Part shown: piece after piece, positions 23,818 through 36,750 of the stretch | Layout: each line of letters opens with the position of its first letter | Position numbering within the stretch: position 1 is the stretch's first letter | DNA from: Narcine bancroftii | Lineage: Eukaryota | Assembly: GCF_036971445.1 (NCBI RefSeq) | Contig: NC_091473.1 | Location: 206,956,001 to 207,018,565, forward strand | DNA length: 62,565 nucleotides | Reading direction: 5' to 3' | Program-made: the position numbers and the translations under genes | Notes under the pieces: generated by a model | What the model was told of the DNA's origin: nothing | Seen by the model: only the letters and a program-made list of their open reading frames with translations | The model's database searches: none

Positions 23818-26800
23818 CTTCTTCTTTGGCTTGGCTTCGCAGACGAAGATTAATGGAGGAGTAATGTCCACGTCAGCTGCAGGCTCGTTTGTGGCTGAAA
23901 AGTCCGATGTGGGACAGGCAGACACGGTTGCAGCGGTTGCAAGGGAAAATTGGTTGGTTGGGGTTGGGTGTTGGGTTTTTCCTCCTTTGTCTTTTATCAG
24001 TGAGGTGGGCTCTGCGGTCTTCTTCAAAGGAGGTTGCTGCCCGCCGGACTGTGGGGTGCCAAGATGCATGGTTTGAGGCAATATCAGACCACTGGTGGTG
24101 GTCAATGAGGCAGCCACCAAGAGATTTCTTTAGGCAATCCTTGTACCTCTTCTTTGGTGCACCTCTGTCTCGGTGGCCAGTGGAGAGCTCGCCATATAAC
24201 ACGATCTTGGGAAGGCGATGGTCCTCCATTCTGGAGACGTGACCCACCCAGCGCAGCTGGATCTTCAGCAGCATGGACTCGATGCTGTCGGCCTCTGCCA
24301 TCTCGAGTACTTCGATGTTGGAGATGAAGTCACTCCAATGAATGTTGAGGATGAAGCAGAGACAATGCTGGTGGAAGCGTTCTAGGAGCTGTAGATGATG
24401 CTGGTAGAGGACCCATGATTCGGAGCCGAGCAGGAGTGTGGGTATGACAATGGCTATGTATACGCTAATCTTTGTGAGGTTTTTCAGTTGTTTGTTTTTC
24501 CAGACTCTTTTGTGTAGTCTTCCAAAGTCGCTATTTGCCTTGGCGAGTCTGTTGTCTATCTCGTTGTCCATCCTTGCATTCGATGACATGGTGCAGCCGA
24601 AATAAGTAGACTGGTTGACCGTTTTGAGTTTTGTGAGCCCGATGGAAATGTGGGGGTGGCTAGTAGTCATGGTGGGGAGCTGGCTGATGTATGACCTCAG
24701 TTTTCTTCAGGCTGACTTCCAGCCCAAACATTTTGGAAGTTTCTGCAAAACAGGATGTCATGCACTGGAGAGCTGGCTCTGAATGGGCAACTAAACCAGC
24801 ATCATCTGCAAAGAGTCGTTCACAGACAATTTGCTCTTGTGTCTTGGTGTGAGCTTGCAGGCACCTCAGATTGAAGAGACTGCCATCCATGCGGTACCAG
24901 ATGTAAACAGCGTCTTCATTGTTGAGGTCTTTCATGGCTTGTTTCAGCATCATACCGAAGAAGATTGAAAAGAGGGTTGATGCGAGAACGCAGCCTTGTT
25001 TCACGCCATTATTAATGGAGAAGGGTTCAGAGAGCTCATTGCTGTATCTGACCTGACCTTGTTGGTTTTCGTGCAGTTGAGTAACCATGTTGAGGAACTT
25101 TGGGGGGCGTCCGAGGTGCTCTAGTATTTGCCAAAGCCCTTTCCTACTCACGGTGTCGAAGGTTTTTATGAGGTCAACCATGGTGATGTAGAGTCCTTTA
25201 TTTTTTTCTCTGCATTTTTCTTGGAGCTGTCTGAGGGCAAAAAGAATGTGAGTAGTTCCTCTGTTTGCGCGAAATCCACACTGTAATTCTGGGAGAACAT
25301 TTTTGGCAACACTAGGTATTATTCTATTTAGGAGAATCCTAGCGAAGATTTTGCCTGCAATGGAGAGCAGCGAGATTCCCCTGTAGTTTCAGCAGTCTGA
25401 TTTCTCGCCTTTGTTTTTGTACAGGGTGATGATGATGGCATCACGAAGGTCCTGAGGCAGCTTTCCTTGGTCCCAGCAGAGCTTGAAAAACTCATGCAGT
25501 TTGGCATTCAGAGTTTTGCCGCCAGCCTTCCAGACCTCTGGGGGAATTCCATCCATACCTGCTGCTTTGCCACTTTTCAGTTGTTCATTTGCCTTCTATG
25601 TCTCTTTCCGGGTGTGGACCTCATCCAGCTCTAACCTTAAGGGCTGTTGAGGGAGCTGGAGCAGGGCGGATTCTTGGACTGAGCGGTTGGCACTGAAAAG
25701 AGATTGGAAGTGTTCTGACCATCGGTTGGAAATGGAAATCTTGTCACTGAGGAGGACTTTGCCGTCTGAACTGCGCAGCAGGCTTTGGACTTGGGGTGAG
25801 GGGGCGTACATAGCCTTTAGAGCCTCATAAAAACCCCTGAAGTCACCAATGTGCGCGCTGAGCTGGGTTCATTTGGCGAGGCTAGTCCACCACTCATTTT
25901 GGATCTCCCAGAGTTTGCGCTGAAGATGGCTGCATGCGCGATGGTAGGTTCGTTTCTTCTCTGGCCAGGACAGCTTTGCAAAGTGAGCCTGGTGGGCAGC
26001 TCGCTTCTTTGCCAGCAGCTCCAGGATTTCCTGGTTGTTTTCGTCGAACCAGTCCTTGTTTTTCCTGGAGGATAAGCCCAGTACCTCTTCAGTGGATTGC
26101 AGTATGGCAGTCTTCAGCTGATCCCAGAGGGTTTCAGGGGACGAGTGTGTCAGGCGGATTGCATCCTCGAGCTTTGCTTTGAGGTTTGCCTGGAAGTTTC
26201 CTCTCACTTCGTCAGACTGCAAGTTTCCAACATTGAACCTCTTTCTGAGGGCTTTAATGTTCTTGGACTTTGGCTTGAAGTGAAGGTTGAGCTTGCAGCG
26301 AACAAGCCAGTGGTCAGTGTGGCATTCCACGCTGGGCATGCCCTGGTGTGGAGGACATCTCGTTTGTCTCTTTCTCGCACCAGGACGTAGTTCAGGAGGT
26401 GCCAGTGTTTGGATTGGAGATGCATCCAGGTAGTCATCAGGCTGTCCCTCTGCTGAAAAAGAGTGTATGTAATGACAAGCCACTATTCTGCGCAGAGCTC
26501 CAACAGATGGCACCCATTGTCGTTGCACTTGCCGACACCATGCTTGCCCAGGATTCCTGGCCAGATTTCTGAGTCTTTGCTGACACGAGCGTTGAAGTCG
26601 CCAAGGATGACAACCTTGTTGGCTGTAGGGGTGCGTTGAATGAGGTCACGCAGATCAGTGTAGAACTTGTCCTTTTCTGCTGGTTCTGCCTGGAGGGTTG
26701 GAGCATAGAGGGTGATGCGACGCTTGTTTTGAAGGGGGAGTCGCATGGACATGATCTGGTCCGAGTGGGCTGTTGGGAGGTTTTCGAGTTTGGAGGCAAT

Positions 26801-27565
26801 GGAGTTCTTGACCATGAAGCCTACACCAGATAGGTTCATCCATAGGCTTGCCAGACCAGTAGAATGTGTAGCCCGCGCCGCATTCTTGGAGGCTGCCTAC
26901 ATCTGCAAGGTGGACTTTACTGAGAGCGGCTATGTTGATGTCAAGTCTGAGGAGTTCATATGCGTTGAGGGCAGACCGACATTCAGGTCGGTGGCTGTCA
27001 GCCTTGTCTAGCATGGTTCTGATGTTCCAGCATGCTAGCTTGAGTTTGTGAGCATCTTTTGAGGGGGAGGACGTGGAGGGGGAGGATGTAGACATGTCCT
27101 CGGGCCTGCACAAAAGAGCTTTTAGGTGGAGAGCAGTGTGCGCAGTACTGGCCCCACCATTTAGACCCATGCTTTGTGTGCCATGGCCAAGCAAGCTGGG
27201 ATGTGGCAGCGAGGTCCTTGGGTCGTAGGTTTTATATCAGAGTGGCCTTTTCCTATTCAGGTTTCTTACCCGGGCTGGAGGGGCCTGCCTCCCCTCCTAG
27301 GTCGTACCATACCTGGTCGCAATCCAACCTGTTGGCCTCCGCCTGCCATTTCCTATATTTATATGTTCGGAGTATGTTATGAGGCCCCGGTCCGGGCAGA
27401 AGCGAGGGGGAGGCGGTGGCCCCGGCCTCGGCAGAGCAAAGCAGGCGGAGGCCCCGGTCCGGGCAGAAAGAAGGAGGTGGCGGCCCTGATCTGGGCAGAG
27501 GGAAGGCAGCGGCGGCCCCGGCCCCAGTCCGAGCAGGAGGTAGACAGCGGCGGCCCCGATCTGGC
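23818..27565 (-). mobile_element. Full-length RTE-clade LINE (single EN-RT ORF, inactivated)
   Basis: TSD ACACAATATAT at 23807-23817 and 27566-27576. EN motifs (LACWNIRTM, LGDFNAR, TDH), RT motifs (GVKQGCVLA, LFADD), QLRWVGHVSRM and C-terminal CNRC..H. The 3' end is AAGCCAAAGAAGAAG. Confidence 0.93.
27381..27565 (-). repeat. GC-rich degenerate tandem units (GGCCCCGG(T/C)CCGGGCAGA-like) at the RTE 5' end
   Basis: About six related units, CpG-rich, lying inside the RTE TSD. Confidence 0.75.
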
Positions 27566-28239
27566 ACACAATATATAACATGTTATAATACAACAACCCA
27601 ATTTTGGAAGCACTTTTATGCACGATCAATTTTAACATCTTGACAAAAAAATCTGCCATCACATTATTTATACCTCTGATATGATTAATTTGCAGATTAT
27701 ATTCTTATAATATTAACATCCAGTTTAACAATTTTATGTTTTTTCTTCATTTTATTCAAAACCACCAGAGGATTGTGGTCAGTGAATATCACAATTGGTT
27801 CATGAGAGGTACAAGGATACAGTTCAGACTTTTGCAGAGAATATATGATAGATAACAGTTATTTTTCAATAGTGCAATAGTCCCTTTGATGAGCATAGAA
27901 TGGTTTTGAAAACTAGGCAACTGAATGGTTAATGTCATTGTTTTTGCAATAAAGCTGTACCTGCTGCTCCCTCACTGGCATCCACTACTAAACAAAATGA
28001 TTTGTCAAAATCAGGAGATTTTAACACATGGCAATGGCATAGGATCTCCTTAAAATTTCCCAAAGCTACTTACCAACTTTTAGTCCACACAACTTTCTCC
28101 CCTTTCTTTAAAATGTTGGTTAAAGGAAAAGCAACCTCAGAAAAATTTCTGCAAAATTTCCTACAATATCCTGCCTTTTCTAAAAACATTCTCACTGCTT
28201 TCTTTCCATTGGCAATAGAAAATTCAGAAATTGCATTCA

Positions 28240-30054
28240 CCTTAACTTGAATAGGTGCAACTTTGCCATAGCCAACTACAATGTGTTACCGTGTAATTAG
28301 CAAATTGACTATTTGCTAAATTAACTATTATGTTTGCTTTGGATAATCTTGAAAACAATTTGTCCAATTCCTTCAGATGTTCTTCTCATGCGTCACTTTT
28401 TCTGACCAAGTCATCAATATAAGCAACTCTATGTGTTAACCCTTGTATTTCCGAATTAATAATCCTTTGGAATGTGGCAGGGGCATTTTTCATAGTAAAA
28501 GGTAACACATTATACTCGTATAAACTGGATGGAGTTACAAAATACGAAATATCTTTCCCCTCTTAGTTAAAGGCACACACCCGTAACCAACCAATCCAAC
28601 GTAGTAAGAAATTTTACTTTGTCAATTTTATCAATACAGTTATCTATCAATACAGTTATCTCTTTTAGTTACTGAATTAACATTCCTGTAAACTGTACAG
28701 AACGTAACATTTCCATCTGATTTCGGTACCAAAATACAAGGAGAACACCAATCTGAATTGGAAGGTCTAATAACATAATTTCTCAACATATATTCCACCT
28801 TCTGACTCTTTATTTTACTCTTCTGAATGTTTATTCTATATAGGTGCTGTTTTATGGGATTTGCTTCTCCTGCATCTACATCATGATAAATCGCTGACAT
28901 CATTCTTGGAACATCAGGGAATAAATTTGTGTATTTAAAAAGTAATTATTTAAACTGCATCAGCTCTTGTGACTTAAGATGGCCTAACATTTCTTCCATA
29001 TTTTCTAAAATTGCTGAGTTAAACAGGCACACAGGATCCATGGTACATACAGTTCAGAAAATCTAGCTTTCGAAGGATTGTCATGTATTGAAAACAAAAT
29101 CAAAACTTTCCTTCCTGTCTTAAAGTTCCTCACGTTAGCTTTCCTGTCACATAAAGGCTTCATTTTACCCTGAGCCATTTTTAAATTCTCTTGAGCCTAA
29201 GTCCACACTTTTTGTAACCTATCCTTACATGTAAAAACGTAATCCAGCAAATTCAACTGCACATCCTCATTAACACACTGTTCTTTTATCAACATTAAAG
29301 GGCATCTAACCTGATGCGCAAACACAACCAAAATCTTTCCAGAGCCTTTACCACCATTTTGGCTATAATATTTCTCATTGGTATAGCCTCCAGAAATTTC
29401 GACGCTGTATACATAATTGTTAATAAGTACTGATTCCCAGACGTAATTTTCAGCGGGGTACCTACACGATCTACAATAACCATAATGAAAGGTTCCCCAA
29501 CAACAGGAATAGGTCGTAATTGAGATATCTGTGCTTTTCCCTTCATTGCACCTTGAAGCATTAGAGACCACGTCTGTTTTGGGCATTTTGAGCTCCCAAA
29601 AGCCTTTGTAAAAGCTGGAAATATGTATATATATCTCCCTCATAAAAAAGGAGTAACTGGCTTTACATCTCTACTAGCCAAAAATCGCAGGGGTCACAGC
29701 CTCAATCATCTTACTTCTCTCCATCTCAATTGAAACTGTCTGTCCTTTTCAATTTCAACTACCCCTAACTTATATTTCCTCCGAATTAAACTTCCTCTGC
29801 CTCATATATCCCTTCTTTCTCAGCCTCTAACGCCCTTCGTTTCTCTCTTTCTTCTTTCACCTTCGGGAATTTCTCTTTGTTCTTCCACCCTCAATTTATC
29901 CAATTCCAATTGCAATTCAAACGATCTATTCTCTGGAAAATGTTCTAAGTCTTTCTCAACAGATTTTCCCTCACTTGCATAATATTTCACTATAATCCTC
30001 GGTATTGGTAATTTCCTCATCCAATGCTTAACTTCGGTCAGTTTTAATGCCTTA
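28240..30054 (-). mobile_element. Decayed Gypsy-type LTR retrotransposon interior with Gmr1-like domain order (integrase before RT)
   Basis: On the - strand: gag-like coiled coil (30020-29820), integrase (LRPIPVVGEPF..VDRVG..SGNQYLLTIM..EAIP, 29561-29295), then RT (PIKQHLYR, WCSPCILVPKSDG, KNAPATFQR, YIDD at 28421-28410). Confidence 0.85.
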
Positions 30055-30239
30055 NNNNNNNNNNNNNNNNNNNNNNNNNNNNNNNNNNNNNNNNNNNNNN
30101 NNNNNNNNNNNNNNNNNNNNNNNNNNNNNNNNNNNNNNNNNNNNNNNNNNNNNNNNNNNNNNNNNNNNNNNNNNNNNNNNNNNNNNNNNNNNNNNNNNNN
30201 NNNNNNNNNNNNNNNNNNNNNNNNNNNNNNNNNNNNNNN

Positions 30240-30458
30240 GCAAAGCCTGCTTTTCTCCTCTCTGCCTGTCCTTCAGGACAGTATATGCTCTTTTCCAGAC
30301 AAAGCTGCTACTGCCTGTTGTAACATTTGCTGCCTTTTGCAAATAACACTCTGCAAACGTTCTTGCAAAAATTCTGTGTTTTAAAGTGTTTGTGTTTGAC
30401 CTGCTCTAACAAACCTTTCCCAATTTATCTCCCAAACACCTCTATACATTCTGTCTCG
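30240..30458 (-). repeat. LTR-like end, candidate 5' LTR of the Gypsy remnant
   Basis: Similar to 22691-23740. Separated from the gag-like region only by an N gap. Confidence 0.5.
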
Positions 30459-30539
30459 ATGGCCCCTAACCTAAAGCGATGCATTAAATCACCAAAAGGG
30501 TAACAGTAACAGTACGTTGGTGAATTGACTTATATGTAA

Positions 30540-31930
30540 ATAAGTAAATTCAGAGAAATTATTAACTTTGTATGTTACATACAAAATAGTAAACCATTGT
30601 ATTATTCATTAAACATTAAAACATTCCATCAAAGTGTGGCACATTTTATCAAACCTAAATTCAGTTTTCGAAGCATTACATCTAATCTTCTCAAGTTTCA
30701 AGTATGATAAGGTATGGGTAATTCATTCTGCATACCTGGGAGGGATATAGCCCTTCCATCTTGACAAACTTGATCTTCTGGCCATTAAAGTGCCAAAAGC
30801 TATCACAAGGCATTGCAACACTGAAAATAAACTGTTCTTTATCACCAGAGCAAATAAAACTGTAATGGGATGAAGTTGAATAGTAACCGAGAAAATATGG
30901 GAACATGCATTACAATATTTATCTAATGTTTAACAGGACCAAAACATGAAATAAGAAAGAAATTCCATTACAACATCTGTCACATAAAGGGTTGATAGTA
31001 GGAAAAGTCTTTGCTAATTTACCTTCGATTAAAAGTGTTCTATGTAATATCTTGAATTGAATAAGTGAAGGACGTGCACAAATGGAAGACGAATTGAACA
31101 ATTTTACAGACTTGGTTCATATATCCGTGGAACGAATAGTTTGTAAGTCGCTCCCCCAAACACTCTTAATGTTATCCTTAGAAAAGCGACGTATTTTAGA
31201 AATTAATCCATAAATGAATCCTATTAACCATTTTTCACAAGGATTTAACCACACCAATAAGCCAATACAATTATTATCAAGAGGGAATGGAAAAGTATTA
31301 ACTTGGTTTCTCAAAATACCTCTAATTTGTAAATATCTTTTAAAATGGAAATTAGGGAGATTAAATGTACGTGAAAATACTCTAAAGTCATAAAACCGCT
31401 ATCTACAAATAAGTCAAAAAATGAAGTGATACCCTTTCCCCTCCATTTATGAAAAATACGATCAAGGCAAGATGGAGGGAAAAATGTCATTAATAATCTG
31501 AGCAAATAAAGAAAAAGCAATTTAATTCAAATCAGCATCTGAATTGAAACGAGCTTTGTAACAATTCTTTGACTACCTACTGCTTATTAATTTATTCACC
31601 TTTACTGAAGAAAGTTGGAAGAGAAGCACCAATTAGTGTAGCCAGAGCAAATTCGTTAAAAAGTTTAACTCCATTCTTGGCAGTCCAATTTATCTATGCC
31701 ATGAATCCAGAAAATAATATATTGATGTCCATTCTTGGCAGTCCAATTTATCTATGCCATGAATCCAGAAAATAATATATTTAATATTAGTAGCCCAATA
31801 ATAACGTCACAGGTTAGTCAACGCAACGCCCACATCTATTTTTGCTTTTTGTTAATGAGATTTATTCAACCTTGGACTCTTGTTGTTCCAAACATATGAA
31901 GAGATAGTTGATTTAACCGAGTCAAAAGAA
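30540..31930 (-). mobile_element. 3' fragment of an L1/Tx1 LINE ORF2
   Basis: SLIQFKILHR and INPLCDRC (ORF 30919-31101), WRGKGITSF (ORF 31311-31520). Confidence 0.8.
31670..31781. repeat. Local tandem duplication, 58-bp period, 2 copies
   Basis: TCCATTCTTGGCAGTCCAATTTATCTATGCCATGAATCCAGAAAATAATATATT at 31670 and 31728. Confidence 0.9.
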
Positions 31931-31949
31931 TTATAAGAATACAGTCTCA

Positions 31950-32870
31950 AAGCCGGAGGCAAAGCGCTTGGAAACAGATTTACTGTATGTGGTTAGGATA
32001 ATAGCTTCAATATGCTACATACAGACGCCTGTATCTTTCCGAAAATAGTTCAAGGCCTACCTATGGAAAATCAAATACTTTGTTCTACAGTGGTTCATTT
32101 CATTGTGCTGCCATCAGAGACCCGGTACAATTCGGGGTCAACCCCTTCCGAACATACTGTCTATGCGGAGGCAATATTTTCATTATATTGCTCCCAGATC
32201 CGGTCCACCATTTCCACAAGTGATTCTGTCCCCTCTCCCAACCACAAAGGTACGTTGTCTGCTCTTAACTGAGTTGCAAAATATTGGTCATGCATTTTGG
32301 ACATGTGCGTGAGCTCATGGAGATAACAGAGAAAGCTACGTGTTCTCTGAGAACCGGCATCGATCCGATCGGTCGAGTAAGTTTTTTCAATGGTCTATGG
32401 CACAAAACAAAAATCTGTAACTCAAGATAAACCATGCAAAGAATACAGACAAATTAAATGTGGACATCACGAGGATGATGGACTCGCACATTCCATTATA
32501 CATCAATGCTTCTGTCGTGTTGAGAGTGCACAGCACATCTTTCCGAGGTTTGACTATAAAGGACTGACAGCATCATTTCATTAGTCATGAAATTGCAGCA
32601 TAGCTTATATTTTCAAAAGGGGTTGTGAAGAGCAATATTACCCGCCCCCATCTTGATGTTTTCAGTCGGACAATTGGGAATATCCTGACTGGCTTCATAG
32701 CACTTCGTATGATATTTGCAACATATTGGACAGGAAATCGTAAGAGATAATCAATTATCCAAAAGGCCGAGAAATTAATGGGGCCTTCCTTTCCTTCATT
32801 GATAACATTTGTCCCTCAAAGAATTATAGAGGGCCATTTCCATCTAGCAGAGAGTATCTTAAACACACAG
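31950..32870 (+). mobile_element. Highly decayed Rex/Babar-like LINE RT and 3' fragment
   Basis: Remnants resembling AHQRLYFLR and TIESILTGCI near 32520-32700. Confidence 0.45.
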
Positions 32871-32899
32871 CAGGATAATGGTTACTTTGATCACTGGTT

Positions 32900-35140
32900 C
32901 TGAGTCTAGGCCGATGTGCATTCAAATTATTTATAGCAATCTTGTTTGATTCTCCGCCATCATCCTTTGCTTTCTTCCATGAAGCCGATTTTCAATCAAT
33001 TCTCCAATCGCACCTTGGATCCCATATGATCGCAACTTCCACAGCAGACTGTCATACCGAGGCAAGCTGACACTGTACAGCATCCCTGTTCTCGTAAACC
33101 TCCTGGTCACATCTTCAAAATCAGTTTCGATAAGTATGGCCTTCCACTTACAAAGCTGTGCTGTCTATCCTGAATTAACCGTTGCCCATTCAAGAGCTTG
33201 CATACCTTCTCCTTTAGTGTGCAGTCCAACAAATTACCAAATTCCGATGTGAGGCTCTCTGGCCTGTAGTTTCCAGCCTTTGTCCTGAATATGAGCATAA
33301 CATTTACCAAAGTTCTTCTGGCACATTATCTCTCCTAAACGACAACTTCAAATTCTCAATAAAACCACTTGTAATTTCCACCATGACCTTACTTCAGTAT
33401 CGTTGGATATATCGTATCAGTATCAGGAGATCTCTGTACCTTCAGAAGTATCAGGACATTCAGCACCTTCTCCACTGCAGTAACAATTGTTCTGAAATAA
33501 CTGCCTTTCACTGCCGACGATTGCTCATTCTTATATCTTTCTGAGCAGTAAAAACAGAGAATTGCTCATTCAGCTCTTTACCCAACTCCTGTGTCTCCAC
33601 ACAAATTTTCCTGAGTGGGGTGTGGAGGATTTACTCTAATTACCATATTTTTCCTTTATTGTACTTAAAATCTCTTAGAATTGTCCTCAATATTGTCAGC
33701 CAGTACTAACTTTTGTCCTCTTTTGCCCTCCTGATTCCTTTTTTATTTTGGCCCTCAGTTCTTGAAACTCCTTCGAGTATACACTTACACCCAACGGCCT
33801 ATATATTTGCCTCCGTCTTGTTCATGAAAGGAACCTGAATGTCCCTTGTCATTCAAGCATACGTGGGCTTGCCACTTCACGCTAATATGATCATAAATGC
33901 CCTAGATTATTGTTAACACACATTTTAAAACTTAACATTTTCCTTACAATCATTTCCCTTCAAACAGCTCTTTTAATTTGTTTGCGGCCGTACTTGTCTT
34001 CTATCTTCAACACTGGCCTTGCACCAATTCCGAATTGTACCTCATGGTCTTGCCCTGTCTCTTTCCATAAGTATTTTCAAAATAACATACATATAGTAGC
34101 AATTCTCCAAAGGCTCATACACTTTGTCTTTCCCAATTTCTCAAGACTCGGTCAAGCGTTTCCCTCTCCATTATGACTCGCTCTTCATATACCACGATTT
34201 TTTTTTTCCTGAAGACATTTTCCATATTCCATCCTGATCACACGTTTCGCATATGACTTTCCCCGTCAATATTCTGGATAAGCATCTTATTTAACAAACT
34301 GTTGTCGGGAATCTTCAGGCATATTTTCTCCTCGTTTCCCTCCATATTAATTGAGTGACTGTTTTACACTCTTATCAATGTGACAGCGCCTTTTATATTC
34401 CTCTAATCCACCCATAGATTCACTGCCCGACCAGTCTATAATGTAACCTCTGACCATGGCAAAGGCATGCTCAAAAACTCTTCTATTTTAGCCCCAACTC
34501 TGTCTTTCCTGAAGTATCTGTACCATGGCCTGTTGAGCTCCCAGTCTTGTCCCTCACTTCACCACGTTTCCCAACTAGTCCCCACATCCCAGTCACAAGA
34601 GTTTATCTATCCGCTAACTTCATCTGTGGACAACATGGTGAAAGGCAATGATCTTGCGAATTTCCGGAGGCTTTTTTCCCAAGACTTAAATAGCTGACAC
34701 TAGGTGCGTAGGAGTTTTTGGAGTAAGTACAGGATGGATGTAAGCGGTATGTTTTTCACATAGAGAGTGTTGAGTGCATCCAATGCTCTGCCCGAAACGG
34801 TGGTTGAGACATGAACTATGGAGCTTTTAAGAAATTGTTGCATATGTGCATGAAAGTGAAAAAAATGGGGGTAATGCAGTTGGGAATTTCTAGACAGTGG
34901 TTGGAGGAGGTCGGCACAACCTATTGTCATCTTACAGACAAACTTCTACCATTACATTAACCGCAATCTAAACCAATAAACTTTCCTTTCTTCTGGCATT
35001 GCTCCTGCCCACTAAACGTTTTCTCATCATCCTCATTCGCAATTACAAGCTTTGAGCTTCCTCTGTCCCGCATAGGATCTCAACTCCTTATTAATCCAGT
35101 TTAAATCCACCGGTGAACCACAGGAGAACTTGCCTGCAGA
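32900..35140 (-). mobile_element. Decayed CR1 LINE
   Basis: KAGNYRPESLTS...QHSFVSGR (ORF 33107-33310), with upstream EN/ORF1-like remnants. Confidence 0.7.
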
Positions 35141-36030
35141 AGAGGTCTCAATAAACCAAAATTTTGTATGGCAAGCACATAACACGGAGAACACAAGGGG
35201 TCACAGACATGTAGCGCCTGCTACATGGAGATGCAGAGGATGAGTTTGAACCTGAATCTTGTTTCTGAAATTGAAGCAGATAGAATATCAAAAATTGTCC
35301 AAAGCGCAAAGGAGGTCGGTGTGTCAACGTTATCACCTAAAGTTGATGGGTATTTTCCTCTGGCAAGAAATAGTATTGGAACACCAATTACCTAAGTACT
35401 TATGCCACGCTTATCATTAGATAGTGGCATAAACTAATGCTGGAATCTGCCTAATCAATCCAGTTCCATCCAGGAACACGGTGACTTCATTTTCAAGTGC
35501 ATAAGTAAGCTGCCTCTGAGCTAAAGCATTTTTTTAAAGAGTAAAAGGTTTTAAGGGGTTGGAATGAGTAGTTACTGCATATACAATGAGATTTGAAAAC
35601 TTGGGAATCAGAGTTGTTTTTATGTATCATGCAATATGAAAAGACTTTATTCGGCCCATCTTCCTAATGACAGTTCTAAATAAGGATTATCCATCTATAC
35701 CCCATTCGCTGCTCTTTAGTTGTCCATTGTTATCGATTTGGGTGTGGCTTGCATTGATGGGAAATATAGCACCATGCAATTAATACCATAATAAGCATAA
35801 CATTAACATGCCGAATAAAAATAACTCCAGCAGGCGGCTTCACATAAAACTTGTCCTTCATTCATCAAAAATATTTATGAATAAGGAAAATCTATCTGTC
35901 AGAGAAAAGACCATTGCGATTAACCTAATTACTCTGAGTTGTCCGACTGACTATAAGCATATAAAAACATTCTGCCGCAGATCCTTTCATTTAATAGCTG
36001 AAATCTTGGCCTGAGCCGTTTTCCAATGTA

Positions 36031-36077
36031 CTATGAACTAACATTTGGAGGCAGGTCCCAGAAGACAGTATAACAAA
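36031..36077 (+). pseudogene. TRDJ: TCR delta J pseudogene (YELTFGGRSQKTV*Q)
   Basis: LTFGG motif with the correct distance to a phase-1 donor GTAATT (36078). In-frame TAA, heptamer decayed to CAATGTA (36024-36030), poor nonamer. Confidence 0.7.
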
Positions 36078-36289
36078 GTAATTGCGTGGTTCCTCTCCTG
36101 GTGATTGACGCTTTGTTTGTACACTGTTAACTGGTCAATGTTTTCACTCGCTTAAAACGAGAAGGCATGGCTTCAAAGTGGGCGCTGATGAAATAGGGAA
36201 ATGATGGCACTTTTGAACAAAATGTAAGAGGAAATGGGAGAGGCACGGATAAATCTGCAAACTTTAAAAGACATTCTGGCAAGAACATC

Positions 36290-36750
36290 TATAGTAAAAT
36301 ATATCGTCAACACCAAGAATGAGGTGAACCAAATTGAAAGACTTCAGAAGGGATTTATATGGACGTTACCGGGAATTGAAGATTATGATAGGAAAATGTA
36401 GATTATTGAGGAGAATTTCGATGGAGGCATTAAACGTGCAATGGATATGGATAAAGTATATTCAAGCAGACTTTTTTTTCCACTAAGGTTAAGTAAGATG
36501 GAAGCTAGAGGACGTGCATTAAGAATGAAAGGGGAATGGTTGAATATTGGAGAGGGGATCTTCGTGCAGAGAGTCCAGGGAATTTGGAAGGAACTGTCAG
36601 CTGAATTTTGACAATTAAGATTAGACCAGTTACATGGATGTGGTATGGACTGATGTGTTCATGAGTAACTCAGTAGGAATAGGCAGAATAAATAGTTCGG
36701 CACAAACTAAATGGACGAAGGGTCTTTTTCTGTGCTGTAGTGTTTTACGT
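36290..36750 (+). mobile_element. Decayed CR1 3' end
   Basis: Remnants resembling TRGH.L and F.QRV..IW, followed by a CR1-like 3' UTR. Confidence 0.55.

Noticed and set aside
27381-27565. Repeated GC-rich units as a CRISPR-like array or a coding exon
   Set aside because: Degenerate units with no repeat-spacer regularity, in a eukaryotic context, inside the RTE TSD.
35057-35105. J-like peptide SRIGSQLLINP
   Set aside because: No RSS and no phase-1 donor. It overlaps a decayed antisense CR1 ORF1-end motif (AGTTTAAA).
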